NCBI GenBank assembly: GCA_019057865.1
Contig: JAHLWP010000001.1
Location: 96,001-160,000 of the forward strand
Reading direction: 5' to 3'
Source of the DNA: Promethearchaeota archaeon
Lineage (GTDB): Archaea; Asgardarchaeota; Lokiarchaeia; Sigyniarchaeales; SOKP01
DNA length: 64,000 nucleotides
The first letter of the stretch is position 1, and each line of letters starts with the position of its first letter. The notes beneath the pieces are model-generated. The model was not told the origin of the DNA, did no database searches, and saw only the letters and a list, made by a program, of their open reading frames with translations. The position numbers and the translations under genes were made by a program. Of the stretch, positions 1 through 10,074 are shown in pieces.

Positions 1-556
1 CGAGACGATGATGATAAACATTGGAGATATTGAAATGGGAAAATTCTTGAATATGCCTACTCATGCATATATGGGTTTAAGTGATTCAAAAGTTCCTGAT
101 AGCCAAGCAGGTTTTGAAGCAGGAATGGGAGCCCTTTTAGCAGCACTTGCTGGAAATAATATGGTTTCTGGTCCTGGGATGTTAGATTTTGAATCTACGC
201 AAAGTATAGAAAAATTAATAATTGACAATGAAATTGTAGGAATGGTAAAACGTTTTATCCAAGGTATAGAGGATTATGGTTCTCCTTTTGCAGCCGAAAT
301 TATAAAAGATTATGAAGAAACACAAGAATTATTATCTCATCCAACGACTTTAAAATATTTTAGAAAAGAACTCTTCTTACCAAGTCCTATTATAGATAGA
401 ACAACTCGTGATACGTGGAAAGCATTAGGATCTAAATCTGCAAGAAAAAGAGCAAGAGAAGAAGCAGCTAAATTAGTAAAGAAAACACCAATAAAACCTA
501 TTGATGATTCTCTTATTAAAGATTTAGATAAAATAGTAAAGAATGCATTAAAATAA
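1..556 (+). CDS. Trimethylamine/quaternary-amine methyltransferase (MttB family), 3' part; gene begins before the window
   Basis: C-terminal MttB-like motifs GLSDSKVPDSQAGFE, GPGMLDFESTQSIEKLIIDNEI and HPTTLKYFRKELFLP. Confidence 0.85.
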   Translation, partial: ETMMINIGDIEMGKFLNMPTHAYMGLSDSKVPDSQAGFEAGMGALLAALAGNNMVSGPGMLDFESTQSIEKLIIDNEIVGMVKRFIQGIEDYGSPFAAEIIKDYEETQELLSHPTTLKYFRKELFLPSPIIDRTTRDTWKALGSKSARKRAREEAAKLVKKTPIKPIDDSLIKDLDKIVKNALK

Positions 557-600
557 CCTAATCTCGCTCATTTTTTACCGGAAACTTTAAAAGATGAGTG

Positions 601-1320
601 TTATTTAGAAATTCGAGCTAAATAATTTCCATTTTCTCCTTTATAGAGTATTTCACAGGACCAACCTGTATCCTGAGCACAATCTTTAAGAGTCTGAGGA
701 TCAATATGTAGAAGTCTGAATTTTTCTCCTAAAACTCCTTTATATTCCATTTGAAGTCCAATTTCACCAAAATAACGCCCTAATTGACGGTTTCTCTCAT
801 GATAAGCTAGGTGATCAGGATTAGTGGTCATTCGGACATCTAATGAATCTAATAAGACATGACCATCAGGATTTAGCAAAATCTTACAATAATTTAAAAA
901 ATTTTTTAAACCTGATGGATCCTCAACAAACCCAATAGCTCGTCCCATTAGAAGGATGGTATCAAAAAATTTTTCATCCAGATCATAAACTGAGGTGCAT
1001 TTAACATTTTTGACCCCTCTCTTTTTCATAATTTCACAGGCATGAGGGGATATATCAATTGCTAATACTTTCAATCCTAAAGTTTGGAGTTCAAGGCTAT
1101 CTGGTCCTACTCCTGCACCTATATCTAATACTTTACCATTACATAACTCTAATGCATGGTGTTCAAGGGGGGAGAACTCTTTTCCGTTTCTAAAACAATG
1201 AGATACAAAATAATCATGTTTTAATCCATCATCTCGGTGGAATATTATTTTTGCATCTATTTTTCCTTCAAAATAATCTTTTAAAGCTAAACCAAAAGGT
1301 TCCATTGATTTGTTAGACAT
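601..1320 (-). CDS. Class I SAM-dependent methyltransferase
   Basis: Motif I VLDIGAGVG, post-I AIDISP, FDTILLM. Confidence 0.9.
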   Translation of the reverse strand: MSNKSMEPFGLALKDYFEGKIDAKIIFHRDDGLKHDYFVSHCFRNGKEFSPLEHHALELCNGKVLDIGAGVGPDSLELQTLGLKVLAIDISPHACEIMKKRGVKNVKCTSVYDLDEKFFDTILLMGRAIGFVEDPSGLKNFLNYCKILLNPDGHVLLDSLDVRMTTNPDHLAYHERNRQLGRYFGEIGLQMEYKGVLGEKFRLLHIDPQTLKDCAQDTGWSCEILYKGENGNYLARISK

Positions 1321-1478
1321 AATATCATTTTTACCTCTAATAAATTAAAACATTCTAATTGCTATAATTTATTTTTTTTATCGGGAAAATTTTAGAAACA
1401 CTTAAAATAATTTAAATTGAAATTTATAACTATTAATATATTAGTTTATATAAATTAATTAATCGGTAAAATGAAAAA

Positions 1479-1751
1479 ATGCCAAAATTAATAGAGAATA
1501 AAGAGAAAAAGTTCACTCTTTTCTTAAATAAAGATAGATGTGGTGGTTGTAGAGCATGCATAGCTATATGTCCCACAGGCATTTTAGAACTTAGCGATGA
1601 ATTGAACTACAGGATTGCTTACGTTCCAAAAGTTAAAGAAGGCAAAGCAAAGTATTGTACAGGATGCAGAAGGTGTGAATATTGTTGTCCTGATTGGTGT
1701 ATCTATGTTTTAGAAGAAGAGGAAATTCTAGCTGAAAGAGCTAAGACTTAA
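1479..1751 (+). CDS. korD: 2x[4Fe-4S] ferredoxin, delta subunit of 2-oxoacid:ferredoxin oxidoreductase
   Basis: Two CxxCxxCxxxCP motifs; first gene of a delta-alpha-beta-gamma operon. Confidence 0.85.
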   Translation: MPKLIENKEKKFTLFLNKDRCGGCRACIAICPTGILELSDELNYRIAYVPKVKEGKAKYCTGCRRCEYCCPDWCIYVLEEEEILAERAKT

Positions 1752-1755
1752 AGAG

Positions 1756-2937
1756 GTGAATAAAACGAATATAAGAAATAATAAAAGATATTTACCAGAA
1801 GGTAAATATGTAATGATGGGAAATGTTGCAATGGCAGAAGGCGCATTAGCTGCTGGGCTGAGTTTTTTTGGAGGTTATCCTATAACTCCTTCAACTGAGG
1901 TCATAGAACATCTTTCCAAGCGGTTGTTAGAGGTTGGAGGAAGTTGTATGCAAATGGAAGATGAATTGGGATCAATAAACGCTGTCATCGGGGCTTCTTT
2001 AGTAGGAGCAAAAGCAATGACTGCTACTTCTGGACCAGGTCTTTCTTTGATGGTTGAAACAATTTCTATGGCAGCAAATCTTGAAATTCCATTTGTTTTA
2101 TGTGATGTTCAGCGAATTGGTCCCGGTAGTCACGGACCCGTAACTGCTCCACATCACAATGATTTAGGACTGATACGCTTTGCTGGTCATGGGGAATTTC
2201 AAGTTATTGCATTAGCACCAATGAACTGCCAAGAACTCTTTGATTTAACAATAGAAGCTTTTAATTTGGCTGAAACTTATCGATGTCCTGTTTTTATTCT
2301 CTCTGATGCCTATTTAGGACATCTTCATGAACCTATTTATATTCCACCAAAAGAAGAAATAATAACAAGAGTTATTAATCGTGAATTACCTCAAGATTAT
2401 ACTAAAAAGTTCTCTTACAAGGATGATAGTACTGGGGAATATATTATCCCAAAACCTCCAATAATCGGTACAGATTATTTTCCACTAATGACTCTTCATC
2501 TACCTCATAATTCTGAAGGTCTTCCAGGAGTTAGTGCATTACAATTCATGGAAATGCTCATTGAAAAGATTAAAACTAATATAGATAAGATTTCTATAAC
2601 CGATGAATATAAATTAGACGATGTAGATATAGTTATCATTGCATATGGTCTACCAGTAAGAGCATGTTATCATGCAGTTGATATAGCCCGGAAGGAAGGA
2701 ATAAAAGTTGGAATATTTAGATTAGTAACAGTATGGCCATTTCCAGATGAAAAAGTAAAGAATGTAGTCAAAAATGCCAGAGCAGTTATTGTGCCAGAGT
2801 TAAATTACACAGGATTCATTGCTGAACAAGTAGAAAGAGTAACTAAACTTGAAACTCCAATAATAAAAATTCCCAAAGTAGGTGTATTACACCATCCAGA
2901 TGATATATTGAAAGTTATAAGAGAGGTGTCAAAATAA
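1756..2937 (+). CDS. korA: 2-oxoacid:ferredoxin oxidoreductase alpha subunit (substrate not assignable)
   Basis: GYPITPSTE, QMEDELGS, TATSGPGLSLMVE; GTG start. Confidence 0.9.
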   Translation: MNKTNIRNNKRYLPEGKYVMMGNVAMAEGALAAGLSFFGGYPITPSTEVIEHLSKRLLEVGGSCMQMEDELGSINAVIGASLVGAKAMTATSGPGLSLMVETISMAANLEIPFVLCDVQRIGPGSHGPVTAPHHNDLGLIRFAGHGEFQVIALAPMNCQELFDLTIEAFNLAETYRCPVFILSDAYLGHLHEPIYIPPKEEIITRVINRELPQDYTKKFSYKDDSTGEYIIPKPPIIGTDYFPLMTLHLPHNSEGLPGVSALQFMEMLIEKIKTNIDKISITDEYKLDDVDIVIIAYGLPVRACYHAVDIARKEGIKVGIFRLVTVWPFPDEKVKNVVKNARAVIVPELNYTGFIAEQVERVTKLETPIIKIPKVGVLHHPDDILKVIREVSK

Positions 2938-3854
2938 TGTCAGGTATGGGTCCAATGTATCCAAAAGAAAAACCTGATCATCCTTATGTCCAATTCTCCA
3001 CGGGAGGATATCTTTTTGGTAATTATAACTCTCTTTTTTGTGCAGGATGTGGTTATGGTATTATAGGGCATATTTTTACTCGTGTATTTGAAGATGAAAA
3101 AATAGAACCAAAATTATTCCCATTAATTATTGGAATTGGTTGTTATACTCAATTAGTAACATTAGTACATCATACTTCTCAAAAATTTTTTGCACTTCAT
3201 GGTCGAGCACCAGCAGTAGCTACAGGGATGAAAATGGCGAATCCTAAATTAAAACCTATTATATTTTCTGGTGATGGAGATTGTTTCGGAATTGGTGGAA
3301 ACCATTTTATCCATATTTGTCGTAGAAATCTTGATTGTGTTATATTTATTTTTAATAATAGTATTTATGGTATGACTGGAGGTCAAGCTGCTCCAACAAC
3401 CTTGTATGGTGCAGAAAGCACAACTACACCATATAAGATGTTTGAAAACAGAACTGATGGTGTAAAACTAGCTTTAGCTGCTGGTGCAACATATATTGCA
3501 AGAACAACGGTAGCACATCCACGAACACTTATGAAATATTTTAGAAAAGCCTTAAAACATAAAGGTACTTCTGTAATTGAAGTAATAACTCCGTGTGTTA
3601 CTTACTTTGGAAGGAAAAATTTAGATCGTTTAGGAGTTGAATATTTAGATATAATAGGTGAAAAAATGGATAATACAGGAAGAATGCTAGATTGGATAAA
3701 AAGGATCAGTGTACGTATCAATCAAGCAAAATTCATGACAGAAGAAGAATTATTCAATAATTATATTATTGGAGAATTCAGATATGACCCTAATAAACCA
3801 GAATATTCTGAAGAATATGCTAAAATTCAAAAAATCGCAATGGAGGAAAAGTAA
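2937..3854 (+). CDS. korB: 2-oxoacid:ferredoxin oxidoreductase beta (TPP-binding) subunit
   Basis: CAGCG, GIGC, HGRAPAVATG, GDGD...NNSIYGMTGGQ. Confidence 0.9.
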   Translation: MSGMGPMYPKEKPDHPYVQFSTGGYLFGNYNSLFCAGCGYGIIGHIFTRVFEDEKIEPKLFPLIIGIGCYTQLVTLVHHTSQKFFALHGRAPAVATGMKMANPKLKPIIFSGDGDCFGIGGNHFIHICRRNLDCVIFIFNNSIYGMTGGQAAPTTLYGAESTTTPYKMFENRTDGVKLALAAGATYIARTTVAHPRTLMKYFRKALKHKGTSVIEVITPCVTYFGRKNLDRLGVEYLDIIGEKMDNTGRMLDWIKRISVRINQAKFMTEEELFNNYIIGEFRYDPNKPEYSEEYAKIQKIAMEEK

Positions 3855-3857
3855 AAA

Positions 3858-4457
3858 GTGACTCGATATGAAGTCCGAATTTCTGGTTTTGGAGGTCAAG
3901 GTGTCATCACTCTTAGTAAGATGATAATTACAGCAAGTTCTTTATATGAAAATCTAGCAGCAACTCAAACAGAGGCTTATTCTTCTTCAGCTCGAGGAGG
4001 AAGATGCTGGGCAGAGGTAGTAATTGATTTAGATAAAGAAGTTAAAATAATTAATTACCCTAAAGCCTTAAAACCATATGATTTTCTAATAATTCTCTCT
4101 GAAGAATCCGCTAATCTCATTAAACCAGAACATATTAAAAAAGACGAAAGTACAGGATTTTTAATATGGGACCCATCAACAATCAAAAAATTTAGAGCTG
4201 TAAGAAGGATCGATAAAGCATTAAGTATTCCAGCTCAGAAGATAGCGGTTGAGAATTTTGGAAATATCGTTTTTGGAAATTCTATTCTTTTTGGGGCATT
4301 TACTATCCTTTCTGGATTTATTTCTGAAGAATCTGCTATTGAAACTATTAAAAATTTCGTGCCAAGTTCTACATTAGATAAAAATTTGGAAGCATTTGAA
4401 TTGGGGAAAAAAGAAGCTCAAGATTTTTTAAAACAATTAAAAGAGGGTAATGATTAA
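3858..4457 (+). CDS. korC: 2-oxoacid:ferredoxin oxidoreductase gamma subunit
   Basis: EVRISGFGGQGVIT, YSSSARGG, NLEAFELG. Confidence 0.9.
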   Translation: MTRYEVRISGFGGQGVITLSKMIITASSLYENLAATQTEAYSSSARGGRCWAEVVIDLDKEVKIINYPKALKPYDFLIILSEESANLIKPEHIKKDESTGFLIWDPSTIKKFRAVRRIDKALSIPAQKIAVENFGNIVFGNSILFGAFTILSGFISEESAIETIKNFVPSSTLDKNLEAFELGKKEAQDFLKQLKEGND

Positions 4458-6276
4458 AATGTTCATTGAGAAATTCCAAAAAGGGTGGCAAGAATTAGAT
4501 TCTGAAATTATAAAATCAGGTAAATGCCTATATTGTGGGGCTTGTGGAGCATTTTGTAGTAATATAAAATTTGATAGTGAAAAAGAAATACCTGTTGAAG
4601 ATGGTTCTTGTAAAGATGTAAGTACCTGTCGGGATGGTTTTGGACTATGTTATAATATATGTCCTAAAACTGGAACTGATCAGATTCCATTATCATTATT
4701 AGATAAATGGGTATTTGCAAAAGAACAAGAGAAAATTCTAGGGCACTATATTGAAATTTTTTCTTCAAGAATAACAGATTCAGCGCGCGAGAAAATGCCT
4801 ATGGAAGCTGGACCATTAACAGCATTATTATGGATTGCAATGGAGAATAAACTAATAGATTCAGCAATTATTACTGATAAGGATGAAAATTTTAACCCTT
4901 TTCCTATTATTGCTTCGAATCAAAATGAGTTATTTAAGGGAATTGGGTATAAACCAAGCCAGAATCCAATACTTTCATTAATAGGCGAAGCGATAAATAA
5001 AGAATTTATAGATATTGCTGTTGTAGGAACTCCATGTCAGATTCAAGGTTTAAAAAAATTACAAAATCATCCAAGATTTGATTATGAAGCATATGATTTG
5101 ATTTCATTAGCAATTGGAACTTTTTGTTTTGGCACATTTCATAATCAAAAATTATTAGAATATTATAAGGAGTTTAATATAAATTCAAGTGAAATCCAAA
5201 GGATTTTTACTGATAGAAATAATTTCAAATTGAAGATTAGGACAAATTCAAAAACCTATGAAATTCCTTATAATCATTTATATGATAAAGCTATAAGAAA
5301 TGCTTGTTTTGCTTGTTCTGATTATACTGCCTCATTTGCAGATATTTCTGTAGGTGAAATAGGTAGTGAAAGTGAATGGAAAACCGTTATAATTAGAACC
5401 CCAAGGGGAAAAGAAATTTTTGATCTTGCTGTTAACCATGGAATTCTTGAAGTAAAACCTCTGGAAAAAGATAATGAAGAATTGATAATAGATTTAACTA
5501 GGAATAAAACAGAAATTGTAACTATTGAATCAATAATAGAGCACTCTTCTGAGATTAAGAGTTTTTATTTTAGGAATCCTAGAATTGCTACAGCTTATAG
5601 ACCAGGAAATTTTGTTATTCTCTGGTTACCTGATGTCGACTTTTTGCCAATGTCAATCTCTAATGTTGATGGTAACTTAATTGAAATAACCGTACAAAAA
5701 ATTGGAGAAGGAACATCTAAATTATTTGAAAAAAATATAGGTGATAAGATTGGTATAAGAGGTCCATTTGGCAATTCATGGAATTATGAAGATGCTTCGA
5801 ATATACTTATAGTTGGTGGAGGTATGGGAATTGCTGCTCTTACTTCATTGATTGAACCATTAAAACAAAATAAGAAAAATATTTTTGTGGCAATTGGAGC
5901 GAAAGATGAACCTTCCTTAATTCTTGTTGATAGGTTAATTGATCTAATTCCTAATACTTTATGCAGTACTGATGATGGATCAGTAGGAAGAAAATGTTTT
6001 GTCACTGATACAATCGAAGAGATCATTAAGAAAGAAAAGATCGATTTAATTTTAACATGTGGTCCAGAAGTTATGATGAAACGAGTACTTGAGATTGCAG
6101 AATCTTATAATGTTGAGATTCAAGCATCATTAGAGAGAAAAATGAAATGTGGAATTGGTTTATGCGGTTCATGTTGTCTTGGCACAGATAATAATATTTC
6201 TGTTTGTAAAGACGGTCCAATATTTAATTCAAAACAATTGAAAGAATTTTTTAGGTTTGGAACGTATATTAAGTGA
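4450..6276 (+). CDS. Fusion of FrhB/FdhB-type F420-binding domain and PyrK-type (FAD/NAD/[2Fe-2S]) electron-transfer domain; true start may be ATG 4459
   Basis: CxxCGAC, VVGTPCQI, GTFC, ACFACSDYTASFADISVG (FrhB); RGPFG, VGGGMGIAAL, TDDGS, CGPEVMM, ERKMKCGIGLCGSC..CKDGPIF (PyrK). Confidence 0.85.
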   Translation: MIKMFIEKFQKGWQELDSEIIKSGKCLYCGACGAFCSNIKFDSEKEIPVEDGSCKDVSTCRDGFGLCYNICPKTGTDQIPLSLLDKWVFAKEQEKILGHYIEIFSSRITDSAREKMPMEAGPLTALLWIAMENKLIDSAIITDKDENFNPFPIIASNQNELFKGIGYKPSQNPILSLIGEAINKEFIDIAVVGTPCQIQGLKKLQNHPRFDYEAYDLISLAIGTFCFGTFHNQKLLEYYKEFNINSSEIQRIFTDRNNFKLKIRTNSKTYEIPYNHLYDKAIRNACFACSDYTASFADISVGEIGSESEWKTVIIRTPRGKEIFDLAVNHGILEVKPLEKDNEELIIDLTRNKTEIVTIESIIEHSSEIKSFYFRNPRIATAYRPGNFVILWLPDVDFLPMSISNVDGNLIEITVQKIGEGTSKLFEKNIGDKIGIRGPFGNSWNYEDASNILIVGGGMGIAALTSLIEPLKQNKKNIFVAIGAKDEPSLILVDRLIDLIPNTLCSTDDGSVGRKCFVTDTIEEIIKKEKIDLILTCGPEVMMKRVLEIAESYNVEIQASLERKMKCGIGLCGSCCLGTDNNISVCKDGPIFNSKQLKEFFRFGTYIK

Positions 6277-6318
6277 CTAAAAATAAGATAAATCGAACTT
6301 ATTTGGAAATTCTTTTTT

Positions 6319-7914
6319 TTATTCAATCTTACTTATTTTTTTAATCCCAAAAAACAATAAGGGAACAGCAATTCCAGCCGAAAGTAATAACATTGGACTT
6401 AGAAAGTAAAATTTTACTAATTCTGGAGATGATGGTGGAGTAAACATGATTATTAGAAACATAAAAAGAAATTGGAAGGGAACCATTTGAAGAACCATTA
6501 AAATAAGATTATTAGTTGTCATTGTACGACCTTTCTCCTCAAATGAAGGAGAAAAACACTGAATACCAACTGCTTGAGATATAACTACTTGACAATAAAT
6601 TAGATAAAAACAAAAGAAAAAGATAATCGTAAAAACATCAAATTCAAAAAAGATAGTGAAAAAAATTGTTAGACCAATAGTCATAAATACATTAAAAATT
6701 AACATTGCTAACATATAAGAATAAACTAGTGAATGAATGTTTCGAGGGCTTCTTTTATAGACCCAAATAAGATCTTTTGAACCAACAAAAATGTAACTAC
6801 CGAAAAGTAAGCCATACATCATACCGCCACTATAAATTAACATTACAACTATTAATGATTCACCAATTATTTCTGTACCCATAGTAAAAGAAAAAACAAC
6901 TCCCAATACACCTACTAGTCCAGATGCATAAGCAATTTTCATAATAGTTTCTCTTCTTCTTAAAAATTCTTTTAACTGAGTAATTATTAATCCTTCCCAT
7001 TTATGTCCTGTGAATTTCCTGATTAATAAATAAAATTTATTTTCTCTTTCAATTATGGTAGTCATTTTTTCTATACCTCCCTCTACAGTAAAGAATTTAT
7101 TAGCCCTTTTATATGATAGGTATAGAATAATGAGGGGAACAAATATAGCAAGAGCGCTACTATACCATATATTCAAAAAGTATCTATTTGTCAAATTATA
7201 GTCTATAAAGTATAGTATAATATTAGAAAACCATAAAGAAGGATAAAGAATTAGCCAATTTCTTAATTGTGGGTTATTAATAAGGTAATTAAACAAAAAT
7301 TGTAAAGAATAGATTATAGCCACCATTGCTATTGAAAGGAGAAATATTAAAACCTTTCCTAAATCTCTTGCACGCTCACTTTTCGCAATCTTATGTTCAA
7401 GCCAGGACGAAACAATTGAACCTAGAAGAGCAGCAAATATTACCATCCCAAAAATACATATGTAGATTATAATATATTGAATAGGAGTAAGGGCTATAAT
7501 TGGATTTAACATTCCTATTATTATTGGGCCTATCAATAAAATAATAGCTGAATAGATAGGAAATTTTCCAATAAATTCTCCTAAAAAAATATCTCCAGAT
7601 GTAGCAGGAGACGCTAATAAAATCTCTTTAAAGCCAATTTCAGTCCTTCTATAAACAGTATTTAATGGATATATAAAAATAAAGAGAAAGAAAGTCATCA
7701 TACCATACTCAATAATAAGAGCAACAGCTAATAGAATTTCAGGAATTTGATCAATTAAAGTTGGCATAAAGAGATTAAAAATGGCTGGACATAAAAAGAA
7801 TGCCCATATTGCTAACAAAGAGTATAATGTTATGAAAAATAGCACTCTATGCTTTCGAAAAAGGCTTGTTCTCAGCCTAAGTTCATTTTTAGCTATTACT
7901 TTCCAGAGGACCAT
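6319..7914 (-). CDS. ABC exporter permease (about 12-14 TM)
   Basis: Highly hydrophobic; directly downstream of an ABC ATPase. Confidence 0.8.
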   Translation of the reverse strand: MVLWKVIAKNELRLRTSLFRKHRVLFFITLYSLLAIWAFFLCPAIFNLFMPTLIDQIPEILLAVALIIEYGMMTFFLFIFIYPLNTVYRRTEIGFKEILLASPATSGDIFLGEFIGKFPIYSAIILLIGPIIIGMLNPIIALTPIQYIIIYICIFGMVIFAALLGSIVSSWLEHKIAKSERARDLGKVLIFLLSIAMVAIIYSLQFLFNYLINNPQLRNWLILYPSLWFSNIILYFIDYNLTNRYFLNIWYSSALAIFVPLIILYLSYKRANKFFTVEGGIEKMTTIIERENKFYLLIRKFTGHKWEGLIITQLKEFLRRRETIMKIAYASGLVGVLGVVFSFTMGTEIIGESLIVVMLIYSGGMMYGLLFGSYIFVGSKDLIWVYKRSPRNIHSLVYSYMLAMLIFNVFMTIGLTIFFTIFFEFDVFTIIFFFCFYLIYCQVVISQAVGIQCFSPSFEEKGRTMTTNNLILMVLQMVPFQFLFMFLIIMFTPPSSPELVKFYFLSPMLLLSAGIAVPLLFFGIKKISKIE

Positions 7915-7923
7915 TATTATCTT

Positions 7924-8745
7924 CTATCTTCTTTTCTTCCTTTTCTTTTTTATATCTTTTTCGCTATTATTTGGAGCTTTCTCCCTCCAAGCTAATAAAT
8001 CTTCGATACGAGTGGCACCCATAATTTTTAAATATGCATCTTCTAAATCTTCTGCGTTTGCAGAATCAATAATTTCTTTTGGACTTCCCTCAACTTTTAA
8101 AACTCCTTTATCAATAATCCCTATTAGGTCACATAATTCTTCAGCAGCATCAAGAAGATGAGTACAGATGAAAATAGTCTTATCAGCTTTTTTAGCAAGA
8201 TCAGATATAAGATCTTTTACCATTCTAGTTGCTGCGGGATCTAAGTTTGAAGTGGGTTCATCCAAAAATATTATTTTAGGATCTTGAATCAAGGCAGCAC
8301 ATAAACATACCTTTTGTTTCATACCTCTTGAATAACCTTCTAAAAGATCATTTTCACGCCCTTCTAAATCAAAGAGATCTAAAAATTCTTCAATACGGGA
8401 GGAGATAACTTCCTTAGGTAAATAATATAATTCTCCAACAAATTCTAAGAATTCTTTAGCTGTTAATTTTTGATATAAACCAGGAGATTCTGGTAAAAAA
8501 CCACAATTTATTTTAACTTGTTGGCTTTCAGTTATAATATCATAACCTACAACTTTAGCCGTCCCTGAAGTAGGAGAAATTATTGAATTTAACATTCGGA
8601 CGGTAGTAGTTTTCCCAGCTCCATTAGGACCTAATAATCCATAGGTTATACCATAGCGTATTTTCAAATTAAGATCTTTTACAGCAACTACACTCCCAAA
8701 ATCCTTTGTAAGGTTTTGAGTTGTGATTGCATAATCATCTGAAAT
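7924..8745 (-). CDS. ABC transporter ATP-binding protein; N-terminus extends beyond the ORF-track start
   Basis: GPNGAGKTT, YSRGMKQ, IFLDEP. The frame stays open upstream of 8667 as ISDDYAITTQNLTKDFGSVVAVKDLNL, with no ATG/GTG/TTG before the TGA at 8766-8764. Confidence 0.85.
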   Translation of the reverse strand: MSDDYAITTQNLTKDFGSVVAVKDLNLKIRYGITYGLLGPNGAGKTTTVRMLNSIISPTSGTAKVVGYDIITESQQVKINCGFLPESPGLYQKLTAKEFLEFVGELYYLPKEVISSRIEEFLDLFDLEGRENDLLEGYSRGMKQKVCLCAALIQDPKIIFLDEPTSNLDPAATRMVKDLISDLAKKADKTIFICTHLLDAAEELCDLIGIIDKGVLKVEGSPKEIIDSANAEDLEDAYLKIMGATRIEDLLAWREKAPNNSEKDIKKKRKKRR

Positions 8746-8915
8746 ATATATCGCCTTTTCAATTCATTTATTAATTTTATATTTCAAAATCTTCTTTTAC
8801 AAATAAATCTTATTTGAGGGATTTAGAAAGAATTATTTCCATCCATTTCAATTTCTTTTAATGAAAAGATTCAATTCAATTAATTTTAATATTTCTCGAC
8901 TTTTACATATTTATC

Positions 8916-9875
8916 TTGCAGAGTGAAAATTTAAAAAAAGGCTTAATTTTTGGAACCATTGGAGTTGTTTTTGTTGGTTTACAACCAATTGTCGCAATAT
9001 TAAGACCTTCTGCCATGGATGCATTTCTATTTGCAGCTATGACCTGTTTAGTTGAAACAGCTATATTTTTCCCTTTAATGTTAATAGAGATTAAAAAAAG
9101 AAATTCAAATAAAAAAAATGAAGTTGATGATATAGAATTGGGGATCTCTATTTTAAAGGGTTGGAAAAATAATCTTTGGCTTTTAGTTTTTATAGGGATT
9201 ATCTTTGGAATTAACCAAGTTTTGTTTTTTATAGGGTACGAACTAGCAGGAGCTATAAATGGATCACTAACCCAAAAAACTACCGTCTTTTTTTCATTAA
9301 TTTTTGGATATATAATCTTGAGTGAAAGAATCACAAAATTACAAATAATATTCTCATTTGTCTTATTTTTAGGATTGAGTATAGGCATAACACAATTTTT
9401 TACTCTTTTTGAAATTAATATTACTATATTATATGGTGTGTTAATCTTATTGTTAATAAGTTGTTTATGGATGTTTGGGCATACTATGACTAAACCAATC
9501 TTTAACAGGAATGAAGTTACTCCTATTCAAATGGTTTTCCTTAGAAATAGTCTCTCAGGTCTAATTTTAATTCTTACTTATCTATTAATCTTTCCAATAG
9601 AAAACTTTAAAGTATTATCAGATTTCGACAATCAGGTTTCCTTTATTCTCATGGGAGCAGTCTATGGATCAGGACTTTTTTGTTGGTATAAAACGCTCTC
9701 GTATCTTGATGTGTCTAAAGCGAGTATAGTTTTTGCTCCTACTCCTGTTACCTCTGCTATATTTGCAACAATTATTCTGGGAGAAGTTTTTACGATACCT
9801 CACTTATTTGGGACTATCCTTGTTATAGTATCTATTATAATAATCGTAAGACAAAAAAGAAGTCAAGAAGCCTAA
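8916..9875 (+). CDS. DMT/EamA family transporter
   Basis: About 10 TM in two repeats; FSLIFGYIILSERI and FATIILGEVF EamA-type ends. Confidence 0.85.
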   Translation: MQSENLKKGLIFGTIGVVFVGLQPIVAILRPSAMDAFLFAAMTCLVETAIFFPLMLIEIKKRNSNKKNEVDDIELGISILKGWKNNLWLLVFIGIIFGINQVLFFIGYELAGAINGSLTQKTTVFFSLIFGYIILSERITKLQIIFSFVLFLGLSIGITQFFTLFEINITILYGVLILLLISCLWMFGHTMTKPIFNRNEVTPIQMVFLRNSLSGLILILTYLLIFPIENFKVLSDFDNQVSFILMGAVYGSGLFCWYKTLSYLDVSKASIVFAPTPVTSAIFATIILGEVFTIPHLFGTILVIVSIIIIVRQKRSQEA

Positions 9876-10074
9876 ATATATGAGATAATTCTTAAATTTA
9901 TATAATAAAAATAATATATATATTTTTATATATAGATTAAATTAGATTTCAACTTGAAAATTGAATATTTTTTCATATTCAAAAAGTAATCATAATATTT
10001 AAATATAGAATTATATAGAATTATATGAAGAAATATATTCCTTAATAACATATAGAATAAAATATTCTTTTATT

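Noticed and set aside
3615-3665. Possible in-frame intron in korB (LDRLGVEY/LDIIGEKM)
   Set aside because: Looks like a short tandem duplication; no 4-bp central helix with two 3-nt bulges could be built.
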